Positions 1 to 11,299 of a DNA stretch of 64,000 nt are shown here, in pieces. A program made the translations under genes and the position numbers. Location of the stretch: positions 19,096,001-19,160,000 of the forward strand of contig OX597831.1 of NCBI GenBank assembly GCA_951406725.2, given 5' to 3'. Source of the stretch: Octopus vulgaris (taxonomy: Eukaryota). The notes beneath the pieces are model-generated. The model saw only the letters and a program-made list of their open reading frames with translations, had not been told where the DNA came from and did not search any database. Numbering within the stretch: position 1 is the stretch's first letter; each line of letters begins with the position of its first letter.

Positions 1-2710
1 GTCCTTTTCAGATGTGACAGAGGAAAAAGGCGAGGTGGAGGTGTTGCTGTGTATGTTAAGTCTGAGCACAAACCGTCCAGCGGTATTCTACCCACTAATG
101 CTCAACCTACAACAAAATTCGATGCCGTCTATTGCAAGCTGAGCCTATCTGAGTTTTGCCTGCCCGTGTTGGGTGTCTACAGACTGCCTCTTGCCGACAC
201 CCAGGACGATGCTCATTTACTCGAAGCGATAAGATTCGTTTCAGCTTCGCATGACTGTTTGGTACTAGGAGACTTCAACGCTCCCACGATCGATTGGCCC
301 GCATCAATTTGTACAACATCTTCCCGGTTCGGCCAGGCCCTTCTTGACGTGGCTGAAGATTATTTTCTATCGCAACATGTTGAATATCCGACAAGGCATC
401 GGTCTGGGCAGCAGCCATCTATGCTGGATCTGGTATTCTCCCGCTATCCAAGATCAGTGTCAGACGTATCTGTGTGCGCCCCTCTTGCCAAGAGTGATCA
501 TGCGGTCCTGAAGTTCGTCATGCACACAACTTTTTCTACGCCCACGACTACTTCGCTGCCACGTAGAGTCTTCTCTGCAATTAATCTTGAAATTCTAACC
601 GAGGCTTCCGCGCTTCTGGACTGGCGATCCCTGATGACGTTGTCCTCAGTTGACGAACTATGGTCATCCCTCAAAGCATATGTAATCTGTTTGACTGACC
701 AGGCAGTTCCCGTTGGGCTTCCCAAGAGGAAGAAACACAAGCCCTGGGTGACGAAGAAGGTTAAACGAGAACGTCGACTCAGAGATATTGCATGGGCTGA
801 ATTCAAAAATCTGGATTCGACTGCAGCTTTTGAGGTGTACAAAACTCAACGAGATCGATCCGTGAAAATTGAAAAGAAAGAACGCTTCAGTTATGAATAC
901 AAAATCGCGGCAAATGCCAGTAGCAATCCAAAAACCTTCTTTGCCCATGTCCAGCGGAATTCCCGCTTGAACAACCAGATTGCAACGTTGGTAGACTCAA
1001 CAGGTGTATCGATTGAGGACCCTTATCAACAGAGTCAATTATTTGCCGAGGCTTTTTCAACTATTTTCAAACAAGATGATGGTCGTGAACCCCCTCCATT
1101 TGATAGATCGGTACCTCCAATGCTTCGCTTGGTCATCACACGGGACGAAGTCAAACGTGTTATTCAAGGCCTCGATGTCAACAAGGGTCACGGCCCTGAC
1201 GGCATACACCCACGGGTTATCAAAGCGTTGGCTCCGGTCATCTGCGAGCCCTTAACGCGACTATTCAATATGTCATTGGCGACGGGTGTTATACCTTCAG
1301 ACTGGAGAACAGCGATAATCTGCCCAATTTTCAAGAAAGGGAGCCGCCAAGACACGCTTAACTACCGACCGGTTTCCCTTACTTCAATAATCAGCAAGAT
1401 GTTCGAAACCATTCTTAAGAAAAGTATGATGCTCCACCTCCTAAACACAGCCTCTATCTCTGATTCCCAACACGGCTTCGTGCCGAAGAGATCATGCTTG
1501 ACCAACTTACTGGTAATGGAAGAATTGGTGACGCGCATCCTCGATGATAGTGATGCTGTTAACATCGTTTTATTGGACTTTGCCAAAGCTTTTGACTCGG
1601 TAAACCACCGCCTATTACTTGTCAAGCTTCAAGCATATAGTTTCCATCCGGATATTGTACGATGGGTTGGTGCCTTCCTCTCAGATCGCTCCTTCCAAGT
1701 CCAAGTTAATGGTTCGCGGTCCGACGTCTCCAGTGCGAGCAGTGGCGTGCCTCAAGGATCAGTGCTTGGGCCCCTGTTGTTCTTAGTCTTCATAAATGAC
1801 TTGCCCGACGACCTCACGCAACACACCCTTCTATTTGCCGACGATATCAAACTGGTCGCTCCTCGCGGTAGTATAGAGGATCTTCGTCGATGCCTCCACC
1901 AAATTTGGAAGTGGTCTAACGATTGGGACCTGTGTCTGAACGTGTCAAAGTGCTGTCATCTGCCTGTCGGCTCTACTCCTGCAACTCAAATTGAGTTCGA
2001 GCCGGGTCGTCTGCTGCTGGAGAGGACCGATCAGGTAAAGGACCTGGGTATCTTGGTGGATTCCTCCTTTTCGCCTTCGGCCCAGTGCGTCCATGCTGCC
2101 AACAAAGCACGCGGATTTCTGTTCTTGATTCGACGGTCATTCGGAATGCTCACAGCAGCCATATTCCTACCACTCTATGTCACGCTGGTGAGACCCATAT
2201 TGGAGTATGGGATTCAAGCCTCTTCTCCTTATCTCCTCAAAGACATACAGCATCTCGAAAGAGTCCAGAAGCTGGCTACCCGCATGGTTCATGGGCTCAG
2301 AAATTTGTCCTACGAAGAAAGGCTGAGGACACTCGACCTTTATTGTCTTGAAAAACGCCGCCGCCGTGGTGATCTCATTCTCGCCCACAACATCATAAGC
2401 GGAATGTGTAACCTCTCTAAAGAGCTGTTCTTCACTCCTGCTCCAGAGCGTCGGCTGCGGGGTCATTCCGAAAAGCTCTACCTGCGACGATTTCATCTTA
2501 ATCGAAGGAGAGGAGCTTTCTCCTTCCGGGTTGCGGTTCCGTGGAACAAGCTGCCAGACGAGATGGTGAAGATGCCGACGATCGCTTTGTTCAAAGCCTC
2601 CCTGGACCTCAAGTGGCCTGAACTCTTTACATGAACACCACCCTGTACTTAACTCCATGTCCCCCTACATGGCCTTGGTATTTGCTCTTGAGCCAAATTA
2701 ACTAACTAAC
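1..2710 (+). mobile_element. Non-LTR retrotransposon (CR1/L2-like LINE); ORF2 with APE endonuclease and RT, open to the stop at 2634; 5' part lies outside the window
   Basis: 861-aa ORF with LGDFN and SDH (APE), NYRPVSLTS, GVPQGSVLGP and LFADD (RT). Short 3' UTR with hairpin ccatgt-cccct-acatgg and a (taac)n tail at ~2700-2710. Confidence 0.95.
49..2634 (+). CDS. LINE ORF2 endonuclease/reverse transcriptase (5' partial)
   Basis: Uninterrupted ORF with canonical APE and RT motifs. Confidence 0.93.
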   Translation: MYVKSEHKPSSGILPTNAQPTTKFDAVYCKLSLSEFCLPVLGVYRLPLADTQDDAHLLEAIRFVSASHDCLVLGDFNAPTIDWPASICTTSSRFGQALLDVAEDYFLSQHVEYPTRHRSGQQPSMLDLVFSRYPRSVSDVSVCAPLAKSDHAVLKFVMHTTFSTPTTTSLPRRVFSAINLEILTEASALLDWRSLMTLSSVDELWSSLKAYVICLTDQAVPVGLPKRKKHKPWVTKKVKRERRLRDIAWAEFKNLDSTAAFEVYKTQRDRSVKIEKKERFSYEYKIAANASSNPKTFFAHVQRNSRLNNQIATLVDSTGVSIEDPYQQSQLFAEAFSTIFKQDDGREPPPFDRSVPPMLRLVITRDEVKRVIQGLDVNKGHGPDGIHPRVIKALAPVICEPLTRLFNMSLATGVIPSDWRTAIICPIFKKGSRQDTLNYRPVSLTSIISKMFETILKKSMMLHLLNTASISDSQHGFVPKRSCLTNLLVMEELVTRILDDSDAVNIVLLDFAKAFDSVNHRLLLVKLQAYSFHPDIVRWVGAFLSDRSFQVQVNGSRSDVSSASSGVPQGSVLGPLLFLVFINDLPDDLTQHTLLFADDIKLVAPRGSIEDLRRCLHQIWKWSNDWDLCLNVSKCCHLPVGSTPATQIEFEPGRLLLERTDQVKDLGILVDSSFSPSAQCVHAANKARGFLFLIRRSFGMLTAAIFLPLYVTLVRPILEYGIQASSPYLLKDIQHLERVQKLATRMVHGLRNLSYEERLRTLDLYCLEKRRRRGDLILAHNIISGMCNLSKELFFTPAPERRLRGHSEKLYLRRFHLNRRRGAFSFRVAVPWNKLPDEMVKMPTIALFKASLDLKWPELFT

Positions 2711-3149
2711 ATATATATATGTTAGTTATCTATGCGTATATATATATACGCATAGATATAAGTATGTATATATATATATATATATTATTTACATTATTAT
2801 ATGATTGAATCCCATCATCCTCTTCTAAGTATGTTTTATCCCGTATATATGTACATAAATATATATATGTGTGTTCGTGTGTATGTGTGTATTATCCGTG
2901 CATTAGTTTGCATATCTATGCAAAAGTGTGGCAATTTCTAATATAAATATAAATCATATTATAAAAATGATGTAACAACTGTATCAACTGACGGAGAAAG
3001 CATGTAAAGTTGATCAATGACCTTCTATGTCATTAATACATTTACAACTTGTTTTCTTGTATATTCACCAACACGACAGGTGTATAAATGATAAATTTAC
3101 AGAAAATGTGATTTTTCTCTGTACCCGTGCTTGCTGGTTTTAAATTTTG

Positions 3150-4397
3150 GAAATTTTTGCATTTTTATGTTTTCGAATCAATTTGTTCCGAGAATTCTGT
3201 TTTTGAATCATTTTGGAATATTTTTTTTGTTACTGAATTTTGGTTAATTTTTGTTTATTTTCAGATCATTAAAATGGAATGCCAAGTTAAGAAAAATGAT
3301 GATTTTAGAAACCGCCTACTTTTTGCTATTGATCAAGCTTCTAAGACTGCAAAAGATGCTGGCGAAATTTATGCTGTGTAGTGGGAGGGTGCCATAGCGG
3401 AAAGAACCGCTCGTGATTAGTATGCCAAATTCAAAAATGGAAATTTTGATCTCAAAGACGCACGCCATTCTGGCCGTCCAGTTCAGGCTAATGAAGAGCG
3501 ATTAAACCAACTTTTGCACGAAAATTCTTGTCAAATCACAAGGGAATTGACAGAGAAAATGGAATGCTCGCACACTGCTATAATGAAGCATCTTCACTCG
3601 ATGGGAAAGCTGCAGAAGTATGGAGCGTGTGTTCCGCAGGCTTTAAGTGACAAAAACAAATATCAACATGCCACAATTTCCACTAGTTTGCTTGCTCGTC
3701 ACCGCTCAACTTATGGAAACAAGCAACGATTTCTTTACGGAATCGTTACTTGCAAAGAAATATAGTACCTGCACATCAGTATGAAGCAGCGTAAGGAATG
3801 GCTTAGCCCCGGTAAACAAGCGACAGCGCGCGTGAAACAAGATCTTCATCCGCATAAAATGATGTTGCGCGTATGGTGGTAGTGGGAAGGGATTATTCAT
3901 TACGAATTGCTTGAACCGATCCAAACAGTCAACATGGAACTCTATGTTCAAGTGATGGAACGACTCAACGCGGCTATTCAAGATAAAACATCAAATTGGC
4001 TGCATGGAGTTCTTCCGCTGCACGACAACGCCTGCTCCCATATCGCCAGTATGACCTAGGAAGCCATTTAAACACATGGCTTGGAAGTGCTACCATACTC
4101 GCCGTACTCTCTTGATTTGGCACCAACGGATTTCCACCTCTTTCGATCTCTTTCAAATGATACGAGCGGAATTTCGTTCAAAACTGATGCAGAATTGAGA
4201 GCTTGGTTGGATCAATTTTTCGAGTCGAAACCGGGTGATTTCTACCAACGAAGTATTGAAAATCTTGCTGAACGTTGAGAAGAAGTCGTAAAAAACATGG
4301 GTGAATACATTATTGATTAATTAGTTTTTATTTTTTACTAAACTTTTTTAAAAATTCAAATTAAAAAAACGGCTGGAACTTACTTACTAACCTAATA
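3150..4397 (+). mobile_element. Decayed mariner (DD34D-type) transposon
   Basis: Stop-interrupted transposase from ATG ~3274 with HDNA and PYSLDLAPTDFHLF motifs. 3' TIR-like end ggaacttacttactaacctaata; 5' TIR not found. Confidence 0.9.
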
Positions 4398-4473
4398 GTA
4401 TGAGGAAATTTCAGATATTAAAACCTGTTTTAAATCACTGCGTTGATGCGGAAGTTTTTGGAGACATGATGTT

Positions 4474-4682
4474 TTGAAGAGGGTAAAAGAAGCAATTTTA
4501 GACCAGATGGAAATGAAAAAGCTTCAAGAGGAATTAGAATTGAAAAGATTTGAAAAAGAAATTGAGCAAAAAGTGTTAGAATGTTCTGTCGCTCCATCAC
4601 ACCCTTCCTCTTTCGATTATTCAAGACATGCGAGAATCCATCCCCCTTTCAATGAGAAAAGAGGTTGACATGTATTTCGAAC
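4474..4682 (+). pseudogene. Gag fragment of a Gypsy (Gmr1-like) LTR retrotransposon
   Basis: Coiled-coil ELELKRFEKE followed by FDYSRHARIHPPFNEK / frameshift / EVDMYFE, resembling the FDVxKHIRLVPPFxEKEVDxYF gag motif. Confidence 0.5.
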
Positions 4683-4975
4683 AGGGGCTGTTTATTCTGG
4701 ATGCAGTAACCGTAACAATATATGTCTGTGTGTGCGCGCGCTCTGTGTGTATGCACTCATATGAGTAAACCACTAATATCCCGTTCAAGAGCGTGAGAGA
4801 ATTGATAGCGGCAATATCATTAAAAACAAAATATCGTCAATATTTAATTTTACATTGAGTTGTTATAATATATTAGTCAAAGGACATATACTCTCTCATC
4901 ACTTTAGATATATCTAAAAGAGCTAGCATTTTGATAACGACAAACGATTTATAAAAGCAGATATAACAATAAGTT

Positions 4976-5035
<60 letters not shown>

Positions 5036-5036
<1 letters not shown>

Positions 5037-6420
5037 GCAGTGCTCGAATGTACTGTTGAGAGGTGTTACAAATGAACAAGGGCAGGGCCGTCGTGCTAGT
5101 CCATCGCAATCCCGTGAAAATACCCTGACACCTACAAAATGTAAAGTTTGGCTTCATAATGTGAATTTTGCGTGTTCAAGGAATGCGATCGTCGAATGTT
5201 TTGGGGATTTTACAGACAAGAAAGTAAATTTCAAAATGCAGTATGGCCGTGAAAGCAGAAATAAGATTGTTCATTTTATGATTATAAAAATGAAGTTTGT
5301 CAGCGGACAGCTACGGATGTCAAACACCTGACCCTCAGACACCGGCTGTATCCCTGCCATTAAGCTAGACGGCCTGTTGCCCATAATGACCAACAAATTT
5401 TTGGAATGAGACAACATTTTATAGACGATCTTTTTTTTTATTAGCGTCGAATGTGTTTGGTATTTTACAGTCAGGAAAGCAAATTTTATAAGTTGTATAG
5501 CTGTGAAAACATCAGGAAATATCGTCTCCTGTATCCCTCTGCTGACAACATTTTTTAGTCTTTTAAGTTTCAAATATACAATCTTTCTGTTATTCAGATG
5601 GCTGGAATGCGTTCAAAATTTACTTTCTCTTGTCAGCAAAATATCGAAGTGAAAATTGTTGATCCCAAGAATATTCTACTGCCACCTCTCCAAATAAAAA
5701 AAGGTCTCCAAATCGAAAATGAAAATTGTGTGTGGTCCCTGAAGAAGTACGTGGCGCTCTCAAGTACATGAATCCAAAGTTTCTATGTATGGCAGAAGGC
5801 AAGCTAAACGTAGGTAACTTTTTTGGCCGTCATTTTCGAGAATTCATGAAGGAACTCATTTTGAGGTAACACAAGTCAGTGTCGAGTTAAATGATTGGTT
5901 CTCCCTTCAAACAGATTTCCGAAACTTACTTGGGAATTACCCGCTTCACAGGATATGAAAAATTTTATTCAAGACCTGATTTCCAGTTGCCAACAACTTC
6001 GGTCTGCAATGAGTGTAAAAACGGACTTTTTGGAATCACATATTGAGTATTTGCCAAGAATTGTGGCAACTACAGTGAGGAAAAAAGAGAGAAATACTAT
6101 TAGGATATATGCATCATGAAATCTCGATAATATGGCAAATAGAAACAGGATAACAGAGCAAATGGAAAGTCAGTTTGATGGCGGATTACTGTTGGTCATT
6201 CAAATGTAATGGTCCACATGCACAGCAGAAGCGGAATACAAAGTGATCTTCTTCGTTTCGATCAATATAAGGGCTGACACTTAGAAGCATATTCTCTTGA
6301 CATTCATTTGTGTTTGATATCTTCCTAACACTAACACAATATCTTCCCTTCATTGCTTGATTCATTTCAATAAAGTAACAATCTATTAAAAAATCACATC
6401 TTTTTATTATCACTAATTTT
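5036..6420 (+). mobile_element. Highly decayed DNA transposon, Chapaev3-like
   Basis: Remnant motifs across frames: ILLPPLxIK (~5673), AKLxxGxFxG (~5800), HIEYLPRNCGNYSEE (~6040) and ADYCWS (~6181). Confidence 0.5.
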
Positions 6421-6907
6421 TATTTTATTGAAAATTTGTACGTGATAATGCATTATAGTTTACATATTTGGGACCAGCAACCCGACAATATGTAAGATCA
6501 CATCCATGAATAGATTTAAAATCTTATTTGTTGCACGTTACATGATCGTAAGTGCATTAACTTAAACGTATCCACGAAAACTGTAACTGAAATACTAAGT
6601 CTCTGGCAGAAAGCATGAATTCTGACATCATCTTGGTTACTCATAACCTCTAAATCTATCTCATGTGTTGTGAATTTCTCTGAGGATATAGGAGAACGAA
6701 CTATACATTACAATCTGTGATTTCTCTTCCTACATTTACCCTTTAATATTTTTTTTTTACACAGACCATTTATATTCGTTAAGTATAGGCTTGACGCTTA
6801 TGAAATAATTTCCCGTGTTTTTGCTGTTATATGCATGCCACTTCACAGTAAATGAGCCATGTATCAGATGTCATCCTTCATCATATTTCTGATAGCTGAC
6901 TCCGATA

Positions 6908-7113
6908 TACTCTTTTGCTCTTTTACTTGTTTCAGTCACTTGACTGCGGCCATGCTAGAGCACCGCCTTTAGTCGAGCAAATCGACCACAGGACATATTC
7001 TTTGGAAGCCTAGTAATTATTATATCCGTCTCTTTTTGCCGAACAACTAGATAACAGAGAAGTAAACACACCAACATCAGTTGTCAAGCGATGTTGGTGG
7101 GACAAGTACAGAT

Positions 7114-7171
<58 letters not shown>

Positions 7172-7303
7172 TACGGCGGGCTTCATTCAGTATCCGTCTA
7201 CCAAATCTACTCACAAGGCTTTCGTCAGCCCCAGGCTATAGTACTGAACCCAGAACCATGTGGTTTGTAAGCAAGCTACTTACCACGCAGCCACTTCTGC
7301 ACC
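6908..7303 (-). mobile_element. tRNA-derived SINE (octopus-type), with internal deletion
   Basis: Homologous to 9443-9871 and 34749-35168; tRNA-like head on the minus strand and (aagagta)-type tail. Confidence 0.85.
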
Positions 7304-8389
7304 TACGATGAACTTTAGCGATTAACGTCATTTATTTCACTGGATAATCGTCGATAATGTTTTGAACAGGCTGTATAAATTATGGTGTCCTTACGAATTC
7401 TGTTTTATACAGTGGAAACCTTTCACCCATAGTCTACCATGTCCGAACACGCTGCTAATTCTTATAGCCAGAAAGCTGGGTCGCTGAAAGCGAAGCAATG
7501 ATCACCCACTACATTTCTGGTGCATTTTTACTAGAACATTTTTCTAGAATGTGGAGAAAGGGTATTGCATACATACCAGTACTGATTTTTTGTAATATTG
7601 GGATTTAATTTTTACGGCTCTTCAAATTTATACACGTACATACTTGCAGTAGCATAATAAATACTTATGAATGTGTAATAAAGTTACAACAGCTGTTTAG
7701 AATTCTGGCTCGATCCTAACCTGTATATGGAGAAAAAAGTTTGCTTATTCACAATTTTAGATCGGATATCATTTAAAATGAATTCGGTAAGCAATGTTAG
7801 TGCTAGTACTTTCTTTAGTGTTTAAATGACCTTCTTTTCTAGGATGATATGAACATGAAACATATTAGTAAGGACTACAAATAATTTGAAAGCCTTTCCT
7901 TCCGAAATCTCTCTATTAATAATCAGTATTATCACTGAACATTTCTTCAATAGCTCTTTAATTCGCAACAGCTACGTAAAGCCATCAAAATTATATATTA
8001 AAAATGTGCATGTTGTTAAAATTACTTTGAAAGGAATAACGCATGCGTATCTGTATTATGAAACTAGCACCTCATTCTCATAAAAGTAATTCCTGTGCAT
8101 ACAGTAAGTTGTGTGCTACGTATAACATAAGTTAAAATACCATTGCAAGTACACGGGTACTTGATGCAATTTTCTGCAACTGCCCTTACATCGGGACCAA
8201 CTTTTAACGTTCTCTTATAGAATTCACATTGCAACAAACATGCAATATGTATTACATGTCTAATGCATGCCATTTACTGTGGACACTTCTATTTCAATTA
8301 ATACCTTATAATATGACCTTGATAGGGCACCTGTTTTGATATATTCATTTGCTTTCTTGTAATTAAATATTAGAATAATTACACCGTAA

Positions 8390-8947
8390 TACTGTGTTGT
8401 CCAGAAAGTCCGTGCTGATTTTTAAAGGAAAGAAAAAGGTCAATAAATACCTGCCATTACATTTTCAATCTACCAAATATGAACCATTTTGTTGCAAAAT
8501 GCGTCTCCATCTTTCCTTTAACTTGAAAATACCCTCTTCCCAGAATTGGGGTGGTTTCATGGCAAAAAATTCACCAGGGTATATTTTCCAAGGAATTGAA
8601 ATATTTACCATTAAGACAATTCGGCAGAGACATGAATAAGTGGAAATCCGAAGGAACAATATCTGGTGAGCATGGAGGCTGGGGTATGTCATCCCAGCTG
8701 AGCTGCAGCAATTTTTGTCTGGTTCCTAAAGCATCAAATGCCGAAAATGCACTTTCTTATCTTCTATTTTAAAGGGTTACAGAATTAACACAGGTTATAG
8801 GAACATAAACATTCTTCCACGAATAGCTTAAATTTTGTTCTAAATGGAGCTGCAGTCAAATCCTATTTTATGGACACAACCATGTTCTAAAATAAGTCGA
8901 AAGGTAAGCTACTATAAATCATCACAAACTTTCCGGACAACCCAATA
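8390..8947 (-). mobile_element. Internally deleted, non-autonomous mariner element
   Basis: Imperfect TIRs (tactgtgttgtccagaaagt / actttccggacaacccaata) with TA ends; transposase C-terminus FWEEGIFKLKERWRRILQQNGSYLVD. Confidence 0.85.
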
Positions 8948-9442
8948 CTATTGGAAAAGAATATTTTTCTTTTCCAGATATTTGGCATTATGGTTTATAC
9001 TCATGATATTATTAGTGTAACCATGTCGAAAAGGTTTACAAACTATTTCACTGATAACAAAATGACAACAGCCTTTATTACAGAAATGTTTCAACAGGAT
9101 TATTTTCAATAAAAACAAACGGATCTTTCAAAGTAATTTAGTTATAGTAATATATTGTACACTCAGCGGCAGTAGAAATGTTTTGCTTATTCCACCAGAG
9201 TTTGCCTGAAATAAATATCGAAGTATTGTGAAAACTTACTTTTAAAATGAAATAATACATTTTCAGACATGTACGCATGTGAAATTCTAACGACCTTAAC
9301 TAAAGATAGATGCTAGAATACTCTGATCGATTAAAACACTTACAAATAAGAAACAAGGGTTTGTGAGAGATTATTTAAAAATATAGCAACCATGACTCTT
9401 CGTTACATTTATGTTAATGTGGTAAGTTCTAAACCACGTTCT

Positions 9443-9871
9443 TTACTATTCTTTTACACGTTTCAGTCAGTTGCCTGTGGCCATATTGGAGCACCGCCTT
9501 TAGTCGAGCAAATCTACCCCAGGACTTACACTTTGTAAGCCTAGTACTTATATCAATTTCTTTTGCCGAACCGCTAAGTTACAGGAACGTAAACACACCA
9601 GCATCGGATGTTAAGCGACGTTGGGGGAACAAACAGAGACACACAAACATACAGACACACGCACACTCACACACACACAAACATATATATATATATACAT
9701 ATACACGATGGGCTTCATTCAGTTTCCGTCTACCAAATCCACTCACAAGGCTTTGGTCGGCCTGAGGCTATAGTCGAAGACACTTTTGCCCAAGGTTACA
9801 CGCAGTGGGATTGAACCCAGAATCATGTGGTAGATAAAGAAGCTACTTACCACACAGCCACTCCTACGCCT
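9443..9871 (-). mobile_element. tRNA-derived SINE (octopus-type)
   Basis: Full-length family member with A/B-box-like head (ggcgtaggagtggctgtgtggt...gggttcaatccc) and internal (TG)/(TA) tract. Confidence 0.88.
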
Positions 9872-10045
9872 GAATAAAATATCGAAATAAAATGTCTTTC
9901 CTTCCTTGCACGATTATTCCGTCCCTAATGACTTTAGGAAAATATTCGTAATATTCGTAATATGGAACAATCTATTTAAATCGTTACTTTGACAAGTACT
10001 GCTTTTATTTTAACAAATATAATTAAAGTAATGCAAGCTTCGTAC

Positions 10046-10146
10046 CAAAAACATGCTATTAAATTTATATCTGCTATTGAATTTATACCATTTTAAACAA
10101 TATCGGTTTTTTTCATCAGAAGCATTTCTCAAAATTCTTGTATTTA
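10046..10146 (-). pseudogene. Decayed exon 3 of a fourth paralog (D) of the Cys-rich gene family
   Basis: Acceptor ttacattgcag, then KYKNFEKCF / +1 frameshift / DEKNRYCLKWYKF, aligning to EYKKFEACTKELGRYCRRFFDF of paralog C. Neighbouring intron sequence (10211-10230) matches paralog C intron 2 (~56280). Confidence 0.65.
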
Positions 10147-10520
10147 CTGCAATGTAAAATACGAATCTAAATTATATATTCAAGTATTGTTTTATGGTTT
10201 ATATTTTAACATCAACTCTATTCTGGGCTCACATTCACCTTTGACATGACTCCGAACAGTCGGAAGAATAAGGAAGGAAAAGGAAATACATTGCTATCAA
10301 ATATCAAAATCACTTCTCCTCTACAGAGTTCTATAAAATAAACATAAGCGTTAACTTCACTGTCAATTATAAAATTATCAAGATGTTAAGCCTATAGAAT
10401 AATTAAAGCAAATTCTATTCAAAGTAGCTAAAAATGAATATTTATCTATTCATATTCCCTTGAATGTATCTTAACACAGTTTGTACTGACATTTCTATAA
10501 TTAGTTAATAGATATATAAA

Positions 10521-10571
<51 letters not shown>

Positions 10572-10588
10572 ATGTGTGTGTGTGTGTG

Positions 10589-10634
<46 letters not shown>

Positions 10635-10638
<4 letters not shown>

Positions 10639-11101
10639 TAAAGGCTCCTAAATAAAGATGCCAAGTGCTGGGAACACAAAAAGGGGATGAATTTATCGAG
10701 AGTGAAAATCAAAAACATTTACCGATAATTTAAACAACTCGTACCGCGGTTTCTGCTTCTTTCTAGCAAAACACAGAATATGTTTGCTAAGGCTGGCTTC
10801 ATCAGCGAGTCGCCTGAATTTAATCGAGGTCCGCAGCGATGTGGGGCTATATGTTAAACCCAACTACTAGCAGATCTTAACTTTTCAAATCTCTGCGCAG
10901 ACGCAAAATTTACACGGGCATGCCGGGAAGAATTTTACGAATAAATTCATCATGTAGTATGCGAATATAAACAAGCCTTTAATTGTATAACCACATGATT
11001 AATATTTTTCTATATGAATAATATTTTCGTCTTATGACTAATTCGTCTTTTGTGCTGGGCACCTGGTAGTAAATAATATTACTACCCTTCTTGTTTATAT
11101 T

Positions 11102-11104
<3 letters not shown>
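10635..11104 (-). mobile_element. Penelope-type LTR fragment between (TA)n tracts
   Basis: Contains a hammerhead motif and shares blocks (e.g. aatct..tgcgcag.cgca) with the fold-back at 47037-47735. Confidence 0.6.
10735..10812 (-). ncRNA. Type I hammerhead ribozyme
   Basis: Minus strand reads cgactcg-CTGATGA-(stem II containing tagcaaa..tttgcta)-GAAA-ccgcgg-TA-cgagttg; stem I pairs and stem III is a palindrome. Confidence 0.85.
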
Positions 11105-11162
<58 letters not shown>

Positions 11163-11299
11163 GAATGTATGCATGTGAGTATGTATGACGAGTTTGAATG
11201 AGAGAGAATAGGATGAAACAGAATAGATATATTACTATTCGAGCATTCGTCGTGAGAAGACGTACTTTTCATAGCTCCGCTCAAGTCAGTACCCAAAGA

